64,000 bases of DNA from an uncultured Chloroflexia bacterium (GTDB lineage: Bacteria; Chloroflexota; Anaerolineae; JAAYZQ01), in the NCBI GenBank assembly GCA_963700285.1, contig CAVOXA010000010.1, forward strand, positions 1,504,001-1,568,000, written 5' to 3'. The position numbers and the translations under genes are program-made. Position 1 is the first letter of the stretch. Each line of letters begins with the position of its first letter. Shown here piece after piece: positions 30,781 to 42,156 of the stretch. The notes under the pieces are model-generated. The model was not told the origin of the DNA and made no database searches. It worked only from the letters and a program-made list of their open reading frames with translations.

Positions 30781-33700
30781 ATGAGTAAGAAATGGCTGTA
30801 TCATTCTGATGGTGGCCGTGCTGGTCTTGCCTCTGATCCTGACGGCTTGCGGCGTCTACCGAGGCACCGGAGGCACCGGTGCCGACGGAAGCCCCGGCAG
30901 CAGCGCCGACGGAAGCACCTGCGGCAGCCGGCGCCGACGGAAGCCGGAGAGCCTGCCAGCGGCAGAAGGCATGTACGAGGACGTCGATCCCTCGGGCCAG
31001 ACGGTGCTGTGGTGGCACCAGCACACCCGGGAGCGCCAGGAAGGCCTCAACCAGATGGTAGAGGAGTTCAACGCAGACCAACGAGTGGGGCATCACCGTG
31101 GTGGCCGAGTATGCCGGCGGCTATCGCGAGATCTATGACAAGATGATCGCCGCCATCTCGGCCGACGATCCGACCCTGTTGCCCAACCTGACGGTGGGCT
31201 ATGCCAACCAGGTGGCCAAGTACCAGCTCTCCGAGGCCCTGGTCGACATGGACGAGTTCGTGGACAGCCCCAAGTGGGGCCTGACCGAAGAGGAAGTGGC
31301 CGACTTTCCGGCGGGCATCTTTGAGGCCGACGTCAGCCCCCATCTTTGGCGATGGCCACTTCCGCATGGGCTTCCCGCCCAACCGCTCCATGGAGGTGAT
31401 GTACTACAACCAGGACTGGCTGCACCGAGCTGGGCTACGACGGCCCGCCCAAGACCTGGGCCGAGTTCAAGGAGATGGCCTGCGCCGCCACCGACCCCGA
31501 CGCCGGCACGGTCGGCTACGAGATCAGCACCGACGCCTCCCGCTTTGCCAGCATGGTCTTTAGCCGCCACGGCACCTACTTCCTGCCCGACGGCAGCGCC
31601 TTTGACTTTCACCAACGACACCGTCAAAGAGACGATGCGCTTCATGAAGGAGCTCTACGACGAGGGCTGCGTCACCCTCATCGCCGAGAGCTATGGCGAC
31701 CAGACCGACTTTGGCAACTACAAGACGCTGTTCACCATCGGCTCCTCCTCGGGCCTGCCCTACTACGACCAGGCGGTCAAGTCTGGCGAGCAGGGTGAGT
31801 TCCAGTGGGGCGTGGCCGCCTTGCCCTACATGGATGGCGGCGACGAGCCGGTGATGAACCTCTATGGCGCCAGCGTCTCCGTGCCCAAGACCACGCCGGA
31901 GCAGGAACTGGCCGCCTGGCTCTTTGTCAAGTGGTACACCGCGCCGGAGCAGAACGCCCGCTGGGCCAAGATCAGCCAGTACTTCCCCGTCCGCGACGAG
32001 CGCGGCCGCGCCGATGGCCGACTACTTTGCCGAGAACCCGATCTTCAAGCAGGCCTTCGACCTGCTGCCCTACTCCACCTACGAGGCCCAGTGGTGCCCC
32101 TGCTACGAAGAGGTGCGCCGCTCGATGAACGATGCCTACAGCGCCATCCTCGACGGGGCCGACATCGACGCGACGCTGGCCCAACTCGAGGCGGACGCCA
32201 ACGCCAGCCTGGCCGAGAACCTGCCCGGCGGTGCGCTGCCGATAGCTGACCTGTGGGGCCAGGTACAGGTCGCGGGCAAGCTGGTCGTCTCCTCCGATCC
32301 CAACTATGCGCCGCAGAGCTTCCTGAACGACGCGGGTGAGCTGGACGGCTTTGACATCGACGTGTCCAAGGCAGTTGCCGAGCGGTTGGGCGTCGAGGTC
32401 GAGTTTGTGACCCCCGACTGGGATCTGATCACCGCCGGCAACTGGGGCGGTCGCTGGGACATCAGCATCGGTTCCATGACGCCGACGGAGGCCCGCGCCG
32501 AGGTCCTGTGGTTCACCGATCCCTACTACTATACGCCGGCCGTCTTTGCCGTCCACACGGATAACACCGACATTGCCTCGCCAGATGACCTGTCGGGCAA
32601 GAAGGTGGGGCTCGGCACGGCCACGACCTACGAGTCCTACCTGGACGGCACGCTGTCGATCATGGGCGGCGAGATCATATACGATCCGCCGTCAGGTGTG
32701 ACTGTCCAGCCCTACAGCACGGACGTCGAAGCCATCGAGGACTTGATCTTGGGTGACGGCGTACGCCTGGACGCGGTCATGACAGCCGCACCGACTGTGC
32801 AGAATGCCATCGATGAGGGCCTACCACTCAAGTACGTTGGCACCCCAGCCTTCTACGAGCCACTGGCCTTCTGCGCTGGACAAGGCCCGCGGACCGTCGG
32901 ACAATATGGTGAATGCGCTGAACGACATCCTGGCTGATCTGCACGAGGATGGCACGCTGAGCGAGCTGTCCATGAAGTGGTACGGCGTCGACATCACGAC
33001 GCTGGTCATGCCCGAAGAGGGTGCAGCGCCATCCGCGCCAGCGGGTGATGTCCCGGAGGAGATGACCATCGCCTGGATCCCGAAGGCGCTGAACAACCCG
33101 GTATTCGAGATCGGCCGCGACGGAGCCTTCAAGAAGGCTGAAGAACTGACCGCCGAGACAGGCACCAAGGTAGAGGTGATGTACGTCGGCTCGGTGGCCT
33201 CCGATGCTGCGGAGCAAGCACGGGTGGTCGAGGACGTCATTGCCAAGGGCGTAGACGCGATTGGCATCTCCTGCAACGATCCTACGGCCTGCGAGGATCC
33301 CATCAACAAAGCAGTGGCAGCTGGCATCCCGGTGATGACCTGGGACTCTGACTCGCCCGACAGCGACCGCTTCACCTACCTGGGTGTGGACAACTACCAG
33401 GGTGGCAAGGCTGCTGCCGAGCTGCTGGTCAAGTTCATGGGCGAGGAGGGCAAGGTTGCCCTGCTCACAGGCGTGCCCGGCGCCTTTAACCTGGAGGAGC
33501 GCATCCGCGGCTTCCAGGATGGTGTGGCCGACTACCCCGGCATCGAGATCGTATCCACTGTCTACTGCAACGACGACATCAACCTGGGTGTGCAGGTGGT
33601 GGAAGAGACGATGCAGGCCCATCCGGACCTGGATGGTTGGTTCTTTGTCGGCCTGTGGCCGCTCTTTGCCGAGCGTGGCTCCATGCCCCTCTGGGAAGAT

Positions 33701-33988
33701 GCCTCGCTGAACGGCATGACCAACATCGTCTTTGATACCCTGCCGGTCGAGTTGGAGTTCATGCAGGATGGCTATGTCCAGGGTCTGGTCGGCCAAAAGT
33801 ACTGGGGCTGGGGCTATGACACGGTGCAGATGATCTATGATTACATCGTGAACGGCGCCACGTACGATGACTGGACCGATTCGGGGATGGACATCGTAAC
33901 CGAGTGCAACGTCGACGTCATGGCTGATGCCTGGGCCAACAGCGACTTTACCGCGCCGCTGCCCGACCCCTACGAGTGCCTGGAGTAG
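30781..33988 (+). CDS. Triple-domain solute-binding lipoprotein: CUT1/UgpB-type + polar amino-acid (SBP_bac_3) + RbsB-type (internal frameshifts)
   Basis: Single LTAC lipobox; both inter-domain junctions are read in frame within ORFs 31864-32937 and 32804-33988. Confidence 0.8.
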
Positions 33989-34153
33989 GCTCTGGAAAGG
34001 GGGTCTGGCCGGACCCCTAGTTGAGGACTATGGTTGGCGAGAGACACTGCGTCTCTCGCCAACTGGGTTTGGGGGGCCGTAGAAAGCCCTCTGCCCGAGT
34101 TGCTACGACACGTTGCCGGGCCACCCAGCAGTGTTGGTAGCAAGGAGGTGGTA

Positions 34154-35692
34154 TTGCACGAGCAAGATGAGATGATGCTGCGCATGGAGGGCATCTCCAA
34201 AGCATTTCCCGGCGTGCAGGCCCTGGATAGCGTCGACTTTGAGGTAGCTGCCGGCGAAGTGGTGGCACTGGTCGGTGAAAACGGCGCCGGCAAGTCCACT
34301 CTGATGAAGATCCTCTGTGGCGCATACCGCAAAGATGCCGGTCAGATCTTCCTCGACGGACAGGAAACAGAAATCGAGAGCCCCCATCACGCCCAGGAAC
34401 TAAGCATTTCCATCATCTACCAGGAGTTCAATCTCACGCCAAACCAAAGCGCCGCGGCAAATATATTTCTTTCCCGGGAGCCAAAGCAGCAGGGACTGGG
34501 CCGGTTCTTTGGCTTTGTCGACCGCCGCCGCATGGAGCGGGAGGCCCAGGAGCACCTGGCGCGCGTTGGGGCACGGGTTTCTGCTACGACGCTGATCTGC
34601 AATCTCTCGGTGGCCGAGCAACAGATGGTGGAAGTGGCCAAGGCTCTGGCCGTGGACGCGCGAATCATTATCATGGACGAGCCCACGTCGGCATTGGGAG
34701 AGGATGAGGTAGAGACCCTTTTTGGCATCATCGAAAGCCTCAAGGAACAGGGCATCGCCATTGTCTTTATCACCCATCGTCTGGAGGAGATTCTCCGCAT
34801 CGCCGACCGTGTGGTAATTCTGCGCGACGGAAAGAGGGTAGGAAGCCTGCCCATCAGCGAGGCGACGGCCGATCAGATCATCCAGATGATGGTAGGTCGG
34901 GAATTGCTGGTTGACATGTTCCACAAAGAGGCAGCCGAGATTGGGGCGCCTCTTCTGGAGGTCCGCGGTCTCTCAGCACGGGGCGAAGTGAAAAACGTCA
35001 GTTTCACCCTGCATGCGGGAGAGATCCTGGGATTTGCGGGCCTGGTGGGAGCTGGCAGGACAGAGACTGCTCGCCTGATTTTCGGCGCCGACCGCAAGGA
35101 TGCCGGCGAGATTCTGATCGAGGGTAAGCCGGTGCGCATCGATGCGCCAGTTGATGCTGTAGAGGCTGGCTTGGCCCTTGTCCCCGAAGACCGGGGCCAG
35201 CAAGGGCTGGTCCTCATGCTGCCGGTACAGGAGAACATTGTCCTGCCCACGCTCGATGAGCACGCCCGCGCTGGCTGGGTGAATCGGCGCAGCCTGCAGG
35301 CAACGGCCCAGGAATACGTGGACAAGCTGGCCATTCGCACGCCGCACCTGCAGCAGAAGGCCATGTATCTTTCGGGCGGCAATCAGCAAAAGGTCGTGCT
35401 AGCCAAGTGGCTGGCCTCCAACCCCAAGGTGCTCATTATGGACGAGCCGACGCGAGGCATCGACGTGGGGGCCAAGGCCGAGGTACACGCCCTGATGAAC
35501 CAATTGGCCAAAGATGGGATAGGCATTATCATGATCTCCTCCGAGCTACCCGAGATCCTGGGCATGAGCGACCGCATCTTGGTGATGTCAGAGGGCCAGG
35601 TGGCAGCCATCCTAGACCGTGACGAAGCCACCCAGGAACGGATCATGGCCTACGCCAGCGGAGAGTCCGAGACCGGCGACAATGCACAGTAG
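34154..35692 (+). CDS. CUT2 monosaccharide ABC ATPase (RbsA-like)
   Basis: GENGAGKS, DEPT twice, LSGGNQQKVV; AGGAGG then TTG start. Confidence 0.95.
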   Translation: MHEQDEMMLRMEGISKAFPGVQALDSVDFEVAAGEVVALVGENGAGKSTLMKILCGAYRKDAGQIFLDGQETEIESPHHAQELSISIIYQEFNLTPNQSAAANIFLSREPKQQGLGRFFGFVDRRRMEREAQEHLARVGARVSATTLICNLSVAEQQMVEVAKALAVDARIIIMDEPTSALGEDEVETLFGIIESLKEQGIAIVFITHRLEEILRIADRVVILRDGKRVGSLPISEATADQIIQMMVGRELLVDMFHKEAAEIGAPLLEVRGLSARGEVKNVSFTLHAGEILGFAGLVGAGRTETARLIFGADRKDAGEILIEGKPVRIDAPVDAVEAGLALVPEDRGQQGLVLMLPVQENIVLPTLDEHARAGWVNRRSLQATAQEYVDKLAIRTPHLQQKAMYLSGGNQQKVVLAKWLASNPKVLIMDEPTRGIDVGAKAEVHALMNQLAKDGIGIIMISSELPEILGMSDRILVMSEGQVAAILDRDEATQERIMAYASGESETGDNAQ

Positions 35693-35906
35693 ACAGCACG
35701 CACGCAGTCTACTGCGGGACCAGTTGCAATGAACTCATTTTGCGGGGCGAGGGCACGCTTCTGATAGATCTCTATGGCTGGCCTGCTGCACATCTGCGGG
35801 GACACGAGCCACTTGCTGTCTGACATGGCCGAGAGCGGGGCCGGCAGAGATCAGCAACGACCCCCGGCAAGTCTGCCACTGACACAGCGTTGAAGGGAGA
35901 AGAGGT

Positions 35907-36893
35907 ATGACCGTATCGACTGCGGAATCCCAGGCACAGGGGTTCAATTGGCGGACGCTCTTTCGCAGGCAGGAGACGGGCGTGGCCATGATCCTACTGG
36001 CCCTGGTCGTCTTTTTAACTCTGTACACCGACACGTTTCTCACCGCCACCAACATCTTTAACATCCTAAGAGCGTTTTCCTGGGTTGCTATCAGCGCTTT
36101 TGGCCAAGCTATGGTCATCATCACCGCCGGGATCGACCTTTCTGTTGGTTCGGTCATGGCCATCTCTGGGCTGGCCAGCGCCATGCTGCTGGTTGCCGGG
36201 ATCCCGGTTCCCCTGGCCGTGGCCGGAGGGCTGGCGACGGGGCTTCTCGTGGGCATCCTGAATGGTCTAATGATTACCAAGGGAAGGTTGCCTCCATTCA
36301 TCGCCACCCTGGGCAGCTTGCTCATGTTCCGGGGCCTGTGCTATGGTCTGTCTGGGGGTTGGCCGGTCCGTGACTTGCCGCAATCATTCCGTAGCCTGGG
36401 ACAATATGATATTCCCATCGGCAGTGTGGGCGTTCCCATGCCGTTGGTTGTCACCCTGGTGCTGGCCGTACTTACCTCCCTGTTCCTTTCACGTACAGTG
36501 TGGGGCTATCGCATCTATGCCGTGGGCGGCAACGAGACAGCCACCAGGCTTTCGGGCATCAGTACCGACCGAACCAAGCTGCTGGTCTACGCCTTTTGCG
36601 GCCTCCTGACCGCCGTTGGCGGTATCCTCATGACCGCCCGATTGGGGGTCGCAGCACCAACCGCTGCACAGGGCTACGAGCTGGACGTCATTGCTGCCAC
36701 CGTGGTGGGGGGCGTCAGCCTGATGGGCGGCGAGGGTACGATCCTGGGCGTGCTTCTGGGTGCTCTCTTTATGGGCGTTCTGCGCAACGGCCTGGTGCTC
36801 GTAGGGGTTTCGGCCTACTGGCTGCAGGCCGTCCAGGGACTGGTCATCGTGACCGCCATCATGCTGGACCAGCTCCGTAAGCGCAGGCGCTAG
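35907..36893 (+). CDS. CUT2 ABC permease (RbsC-like)
   Basis: [35 protein letters not shown]. Confidence 0.95.
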   Translation: MTVSTAESQAQGFNWRTLFRRQETGVAMILLALVVFLTLYTDTFLTATNIFNILRAFSWVAISAFGQAMVIITAGIDLSVGSVMAISGLASAMLLVAGIPVPLAVAGGLATGLLVGILNGLMITKGRLPPFIATLGSLLMFRGLCYGLSGGWPVRDLPQSFRSLGQYDIPIGSVGVPMPLVVTLVLAVLTSLFLSRTVWGYRIYAVGGNETATRLSGISTDRTKLLVYAFCGLLTAVGGILMTARLGVAAPTAAQGYELDVIAATVVGGVSLMGGEGTILGVLLGALFMGVLRNGLVLVGVSAYWLQAVQGLVIVTAIMLDQLRKRRR

Positions 36894-37019
36894 TACAAAC
36901 CCTGTGCAACCAGAAGCGGACTCGCTTCTGGAGTCAAAGTTGGATATGTTCAGTTTTCAGGTTCTGACAACGACTCTCGTTGCGTTCCACGTGCCCACGC
37001 TAGATGAGAGAGGAAGAAC

Positions 37020-39242
37020 ATGATGACAGAATTGGATGATTCCATGAGTCGATCTCATCCAAAAGCGGTGAGGTTGCTGCTAATCCTCGTCGCCATCACT
37101 TCTGTTCCAAGTCTGCTTTACGCAATCCAGTATTTTGCCGGTGGGCCGATACGGCTGCCTGTGGTCAGCCAACTCTACGATCTGGCATTTGAGCGCAGAC
37201 AATCCCTGCTGGCAGTGGGGGCCCACGACGGACAGGTACTCCTGTGGGAGGTTCCCAGGAGGATCAGTACCAGGACCATGACCGAAGAGGACGTGGCCGT
37301 ACAAGAACCCTGGCTGATGTACACTTTGTCTGGCCATGAGGCACCCGTAGTCGAACTAGCCTTCACTCCTGATGGCGCCAACCTGGTGACGGTCAGTCGC
37401 GATGGGGTGGTCAAGCGGTGGGACATTTCGGCGGGCGCCAATGCTGGCCTTGAGAATGAACAGGGTCAAACTGTCTTTGCTATCCAGGGTGAAGCGCTCA
37501 ACGATGCATCTTTTAGTCAGGATGCTACACTACTGGCCACGATTGCAGATGATGCTATCGTCCGGGTCTGGGATCTGTCGACAGGCCAGGCGCTCCAGAC
37601 CATCGGCTCTGGCAAAGAGAGCAAAATGGTCGTGGCCCTCAACGCGGACGGTACTCTGGTGGCCGCGGGCGACGGAGCAAACATCAGGATCTGGGACGTC
37701 GAGACGGGCGCACCAGTCCAACAACTGGATGGCTATTGGAAAGATGTGGAAGGCCAGGAGGACTGGCTGGGCCACGATGAAGAGGTGACCGCACTGGCCT
37801 TTGGTCCAGATGGCCAGTCCCTGGCTTCGGGTAGTGCCGACACGACCATCGTCTTCTGGGACCTCGATACTGGAGAGGTCACGTCGATGTCCGAGGGCCA
37901 TTGGGCCACGATAACTACACTGCTCTACGACCCAAACGGGGCTTTTGTATTGTCTGGCGCCAGGGACAACAAGATCCGGAACATAAGGACACAGGGCGGC
38001 AAGAGTACCGCCAGCTACATCGGGCACCTCAATGCCGTGAACCGCGCGGACTTTGGACCGGTACGCGACACGATCATGAGTGTATCGGATGATGGGACCC
38101 TGCGCATATGGGAAAACGCCACCCAGCGGGTTGTTCACATCGAGTGGTCGCAATATGGTTTCCAGCCCACGTGGGGCAAGGTCCTGAGTATCTGGCTGTT
38201 GATCAGCGGTATTCTGGGCCTGGTTTGCCTGTGGGGGCTATGGAAGCGCTATATCTGGAGCCACCTGCTGGCCCTGACGATGTACCTGATGGGGCCGATC
38301 ATCGTACTGGGCCTTCCTCTGTTTGAGGTGTTCTCCTACCCTCTACCCACAGAAATCAAAATGCAGATCGCCTGGCCACTGGTTGTACTGGCGGTTTGGT
38401 ACATCATACTGCTCTTGGTTCTGACGCGAGCTCCGGTGGCCACGTGGTACGAAGCACCTCAGGGGGCATCCTTGTCCGAACAGCTGGTGATCAGCCAGCG
38501 GACGGTCAAGACCCGCTTTGGGATCTATAGCCTGGCGGTGTGGGTTGCTCTGCTGGTGATCCTCTTTTCGATCCTGCGCCGCTTTGACCTCGATATTGCC
38601 TTCATGGGGCACTTTTTTCCCTTTATTATGGCTGGCGCTGGCCTGACTATCGTGATCTCGGCGGCATCCATTGCTCTGGCCATCGTCTTGGCTCTGTTGG
38701 GGGCTCTGGGACGGTTGTCCAACAACCCCATCGCCAACGGTGTGTCCAGCTTTTATATCTCTCTGATCAGGGGCACGCCTCTGCTTGTGCAGATCTTTAT
38801 CTGGTACCTGGGTCTGCCCCGTTTGGGCATCATCTTGCAGCCACTGGTAGCCGGCATCCTGGCCCTGGGCGTAAACTATGGCGCCTATATGACAGAGATC
38901 TTTCGGGCCGGCATCCAGGCCATCGGCAAGGGCCAGTACGAGGCGGCCAACGCGTTGGGCATGTCCCGCGCCCAGACCTTCCGCCGCATTGTCCTCCCCC
39001 AAGCCTTCCGCATCGTTATCCCGCCCATCGGCAACGAGTTCATCGCCATGATGAAGGACTCTTCGCTTGTCTACGTGATGGGGGTCTGGGAGCTTACCTT
39101 CCGCGCGCAAAAGATTGGCAGACAGAATTTTCGCAATATGGAGACCTTTTTGATCGCGGCAGCCTTTTACTGGGTACTGACGGTGATCTTTCAGTTTCTC
39201 CAGGGCAAGCTGGAGGACTATATGGCCCGTGGTGAGAGGTGA
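37020..39242 (+). CDS. WD40 beta-propeller fused to polar amino-acid ABC permease
   Basis: GH...WD repeats over about aa 45-370; C-terminal IRGTPLLVQ, EIFRAGI, GQYEAA, PQAFR, KDSSL. Confidence 0.92.
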   Translation: MMTELDDSMSRSHPKAVRLLLILVAITSVPSLLYAIQYFAGGPIRLPVVSQLYDLAFERRQSLLAVGAHDGQVLLWEVPRRISTRTMTEEDVAVQEPWLMYTLSGHEAPVVELAFTPDGANLVTVSRDGVVKRWDISAGANAGLENEQGQTVFAIQGEALNDASFSQDATLLATIADDAIVRVWDLSTGQALQTIGSGKESKMVVALNADGTLVAAGDGANIRIWDVETGAPVQQLDGYWKDVEGQEDWLGHDEEVTALAFGPDGQSLASGSADTTIVFWDLDTGEVTSMSEGHWATITTLLYDPNGAFVLSGARDNKIRNIRTQGGKSTASYIGHLNAVNRADFGPVRDTIMSVSDDGTLRIWENATQRVVHIEWSQYGFQPTWGKVLSIWLLISGILGLVCLWGLWKRYIWSHLLALTMYLMGPIIVLGLPLFEVFSYPLPTEIKMQIAWPLVVLAVWYIILLLVLTRAPVATWYEAPQGASLSEQLVISQRTVKTRFGIYSLAVWVALLVILFSILRRFDLDIAFMGHFFPFIMAGAGLTIVISAASIALAIVLALLGALGRLSNNPIANGVSSFYISLIRGTPLLVQIFIWYLGLPRLGIILQPLVAGILALGVNYGAYMTEIFRAGIQAIGKGQYEAANALGMSRAQTFRRIVLPQAFRIVIPPIGNEFIAMMKDSSLVYVMGVWELTFRAQKIGRQNFRNMETFLIAAAFYWVLTVIFQFLQGKLEDYMARGER

Positions 39243-39295
39243 TAGGTGGCTATTCGAACTTGGCGCCTAAAAATTGGAGACTGGAGGATGGAATT

Positions 39296-40048
39296 ATGAC
39301 CGGCCCGATTATCAAGGTCAGAGGCCTGCACAAATACTTTGGCCCTTTGCACGTCATCCAGGGGGTGGATCTGGATGTGGCGCCTGCTGAAGTGGTAGTC
39401 ATTATCGGCCCATCGGGTGGGGGGAAAAGCACCTTTTTACGTTGCCTTAACTTTCTCGAGCATCCCTCAGCGGGGACCATCGAGATCGATAATGTGGTGA
39501 TCGAGGCCAGGGAGCCGGCCAGCCAGCACCGCCGCCATATCCGTGGCATCCGCCAGAAGGCGGGCATGGTCTTCCAGCAGTTCAACCTCTTTCCCCACAT
39601 GACCGCACTGGGCAACATCATTGAGGCGCCCCTCATTGTCAAGGGCATGTCCAAGTCGGAGGCGACTGTCAAGGCGGAGGAACTCTTGGACTGGGTCGGC
39701 CTATCGGACAAGCGGGATGAGTATCCCTCCAGGTTGTCGGGCGGGCAGCAGCAGCGGGTGGCCATCGCCCGCGCCCTGGCCATGGAGCCCCGGATCATGC
39801 TTTTCGATGAGCCCACTTCGGCTCTTGACCCTGAGTTGATCGGCGAGGTCGTGGAGGTGATGGAGCGGCTGGCCAGAGAGGGGATGACCATGATCGTCGT
39901 CACCCACGAGATCCATTTTGCTCAGGATGTGGCGGACCGCGTCATCCTCATGGCCGATGGCGGCTGGGTCGAGATGGCCCCGCCCGAAGAACTGTTCACC
40001 AACCCCAAGGAGGAGCGAACCCGCCAGTTTCTGTCGCACATTCTGTAG
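39296..40048 (+). CDS. Polar amino-acid ABC ATPase (GlnQ-like)
   Basis: [45 protein letters not shown]. Confidence 0.95.
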   Translation: MTGPIIKVRGLHKYFGPLHVIQGVDLDVAPAEVVVIIGPSGGGKSTFLRCLNFLEHPSAGTIEIDNVVIEAREPASQHRRHIRGIRQKAGMVFQQFNLFPHMTALGNIIEAPLIVKGMSKSEATVKAEELLDWVGLSDKRDEYPSRLSGGQQQRVAIARALAMEPRIMLFDEPTSALDPELIGEVVEVMERLAREGMTMIVVTHEIHFAQDVADRVILMADGGWVEMAPPEELFTNPKEERTRQFLSHIL

Positions 40049-40176
40049 ACTGCCCCTGAAACGGGAGCCTGAGACCGCCCTCGAGATGGGAGCTTGCGAG
40101 AAAAGGGAACGTGAGCAAGAGGTAGCGGGACTCAGATCAGTCTGCACATTCTAACATAGGCAAGGAGCATAGACTG

Positions 40177-41406
40177 ATGATCGCGATTACCAATGGAAAG
40201 GTGATGACAATTACCCAGGGAACGCTTGACCCCGGGACTATACTCGTCGAGGGCGGGCGGATCGTCGCCCTCGGGCAGGAGGTTCTGATCCCTGAGGATG
40301 CCGAGGTATACAATGCGACGGGCAAGGTCGTCATGCCCGGTCTGATCGATGCCCACTGTCACGTTGGGCTCTTTCCCGACGGCATCGGCTGGGAGTACTC
40401 GGATGGCAATGAGTTGACCGATCCCATTACACCTCACCTGCGAGCACTGGATGCGGTACATCCCGACGACCTAGCCTTCAAAGAGCTGGTGGCAGCGGGC
40501 GTGACCACCGTTCTCACCGGCCCCGGCAGTGGAAACCTGGTCGGCGGGCAGTGGATCTGCCTAAAGACGGCGCCCAAGCCCAGCGTAGAGCAGATGGTGC
40601 TGCTGGAACCAGCGGGTATGAAGATGGCCCTGGGCGAGAACCCCAAGCGGGTCTATGGCGAGCAGAAAAAGACTCCCTCCACACGGATGGGGAACGCGGC
40701 TATCCTGCGCGCGGCCCTTGTGGAGGCTCAGAATTACCTGGAAAAGTGGCGCCGCTACGAGTCCGACATGGCCGGATGGCTGGCTAGCGTGGAGGCGGGC
40801 AATGAGGATGCAGAGGCGCCCAAGCCGCCGGAGCGGGATCTGAAGCTGGAGGCGTTGGGCAAGGTGCTGCTCCGCGAGATGAAAGCCCGTATCCACGCTC
40901 ACCGGGCGGATGACATGCTGACCGCCATTCGCATCGCCGAAGAGTTCAACCTGGATCTGACGTTGGAGCACGCTACCGAAGGCTACAAGATTGCTGATAT
41001 CCTGGCCAGCAAGGGGATTCCGGTTACAGCCGGTCCAATACTGTTCTCTCGGGCCAAGTATGAGTTGAGAGAGATGACGCCCAGGAACCCGGGCCTCATG
41101 GCCAAAGCAGGCGTCAAGGTGGGGATTCAGACGGACGAGATGTCAGCGGTCAAGTATCTGACCATCAATGCCGCCCTGGCTGTGCGCGAAGGAATGCCTG
41201 AGGAAGAGGCATTGAAAGCCATCACCATCAATGCCGCAGAGATCATCGGTGTTGAGAGGCGCGTGGGCAGCCTGGAGGTGGGCAAGGATGCTGACATCGT
41301 CGTCTTTGGCGGGCATCCCTTTGACTACCGGACTGTGGCCGAACTGGTGCTGATCGATGGCCAGGTGGTCCATCAAGCCATGGACGAGGCCGGGGGAGAA
41401 TTCTAA
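40177..41406 (+). CDS. Amidohydrolase family protein
   Basis: PGLIDAHCH, KMALGENPKRVY, HAHRADD, LEH, GKDAD. Confidence 0.92.
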   Translation: MIAITNGKVMTITQGTLDPGTILVEGGRIVALGQEVLIPEDAEVYNATGKVVMPGLIDAHCHVGLFPDGIGWEYSDGNELTDPITPHLRALDAVHPDDLAFKELVAAGVTTVLTGPGSGNLVGGQWICLKTAPKPSVEQMVLLEPAGMKMALGENPKRVYGEQKKTPSTRMGNAAILRAALVEAQNYLEKWRRYESDMAGWLASVEAGNEDAEAPKPPERDLKLEALGKVLLREMKARIHAHRADDMLTAIRIAEEFNLDLTLEHATEGYKIADILASKGIPVTAGPILFSRAKYELREMTPRNPGLMAKAGVKVGIQTDEMSAVKYLTINAALAVREGMPEEEALKAITINAAEIIGVERRVGSLEVGKDADIVVFGGHPFDYRTVAELVLIDGQVVHQAMDEAGGEF

Positions 41407-41507
41407 TAGATTTCTAACACTCCTCCAACGTTGGTCTAACACTTTTTCGCTAGAATGAGTACCGAGATTGGAAGATGAAACGGCTTGATCCTTTAGGAGG
41501 TGTAGAA

Positions 41508-41987
41508 ATGGCTAGTATCGTTCGTTGGGAACCCTTCCGTGATATGATGGCTGTCCGAGACGCGATGGATCGAATGCTTGAGGAGAGGTTTGTTCGCCCG
41601 CCTTTGCCTTTTGGTCCCTGGAGCGAGGGTACGTTGCCCGTGGATATGTATGAGACCGATGAGAATATCGTAGTCAAGACCGGGATCCCAGGCGCCAACG
41701 CCGAGGAGATCGAAGTGTCTGTTACCGGTGATACGCTGACCATCAAGGCTGAGACAAAAGAAGAAAAAGAGATTCAGCGTGAGAATTACCTGCGACGTGA
41801 GCGTCGCGTCGGATCCTACTGCCGCTCCGTAACCCTCCCGGGTGGGTTGGAAACGGAAAAGGCCAGTGCGGACTATACTGATGGGGTCTTGACGCTGAGC
41901 TTCCCCAAGGCGGAAGAGATCAAGCCCAAGACCATTCAGGTCAAAACTCACAGCACTGTAGAGGCTGCTGGGTCTGGAGACGCGTAG
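41508..41987 (+). CDS. Hsp20/alpha-crystallin small heat-shock protein
   Basis: RWEPFR, VDMYET, RRER..GSY.RSVTLP, A.Y.DGVL.L..PK. Confidence 0.95.
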   Translation: MASIVRWEPFRDMMAVRDAMDRMLEERFVRPPLPFGPWSEGTLPVDMYETDENIVVKTGIPGANAEEIEVSVTGDTLTIKAETKEEKEIQRENYLRRERRVGSYCRSVTLPGGLETEKASADYTDGVLTLSFPKAEEIKPKTIQVKTHSTVEAAGSGDA

Positions 41988-42065
41988 CCAGCTACCTTGT
42001 GAACAGAGAGACTGGGCAGGGTGGTAGCCCTGCATCCAGTCTCAAACCCAAGCGTCAAGAGAGAA

Positions 42066-42099
42066 GAAGGGCCTGAGAGCGTATTCTTTGGGCCCTTTT
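42066..42099. terminator. Probable terminator between convergent genes
   Basis: GAAGGGCC...GGGCCCTTTT; a second hairpin lies at 42008-42043. Confidence 0.5.
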
Positions 42100-42156
42100 C
42101 ATGTTTTCAGCCGTCCACGGTCAAACCTTCGCCGCCAACAATATGAAACTGCCGAT

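Noticed and set aside
33050-33066. Separate start for the third SBP domain (GGAGGAG ATG)
   Set aside because: The upstream frame is open, there is no spacing between the RBS-like motif and the ATG, and no signal peptide follows.
41410-41445. CIRCE element before hsp20
   Set aside because: Only a TCTAACACT direct repeat; the inverted half GAGTGCTAA is absent.
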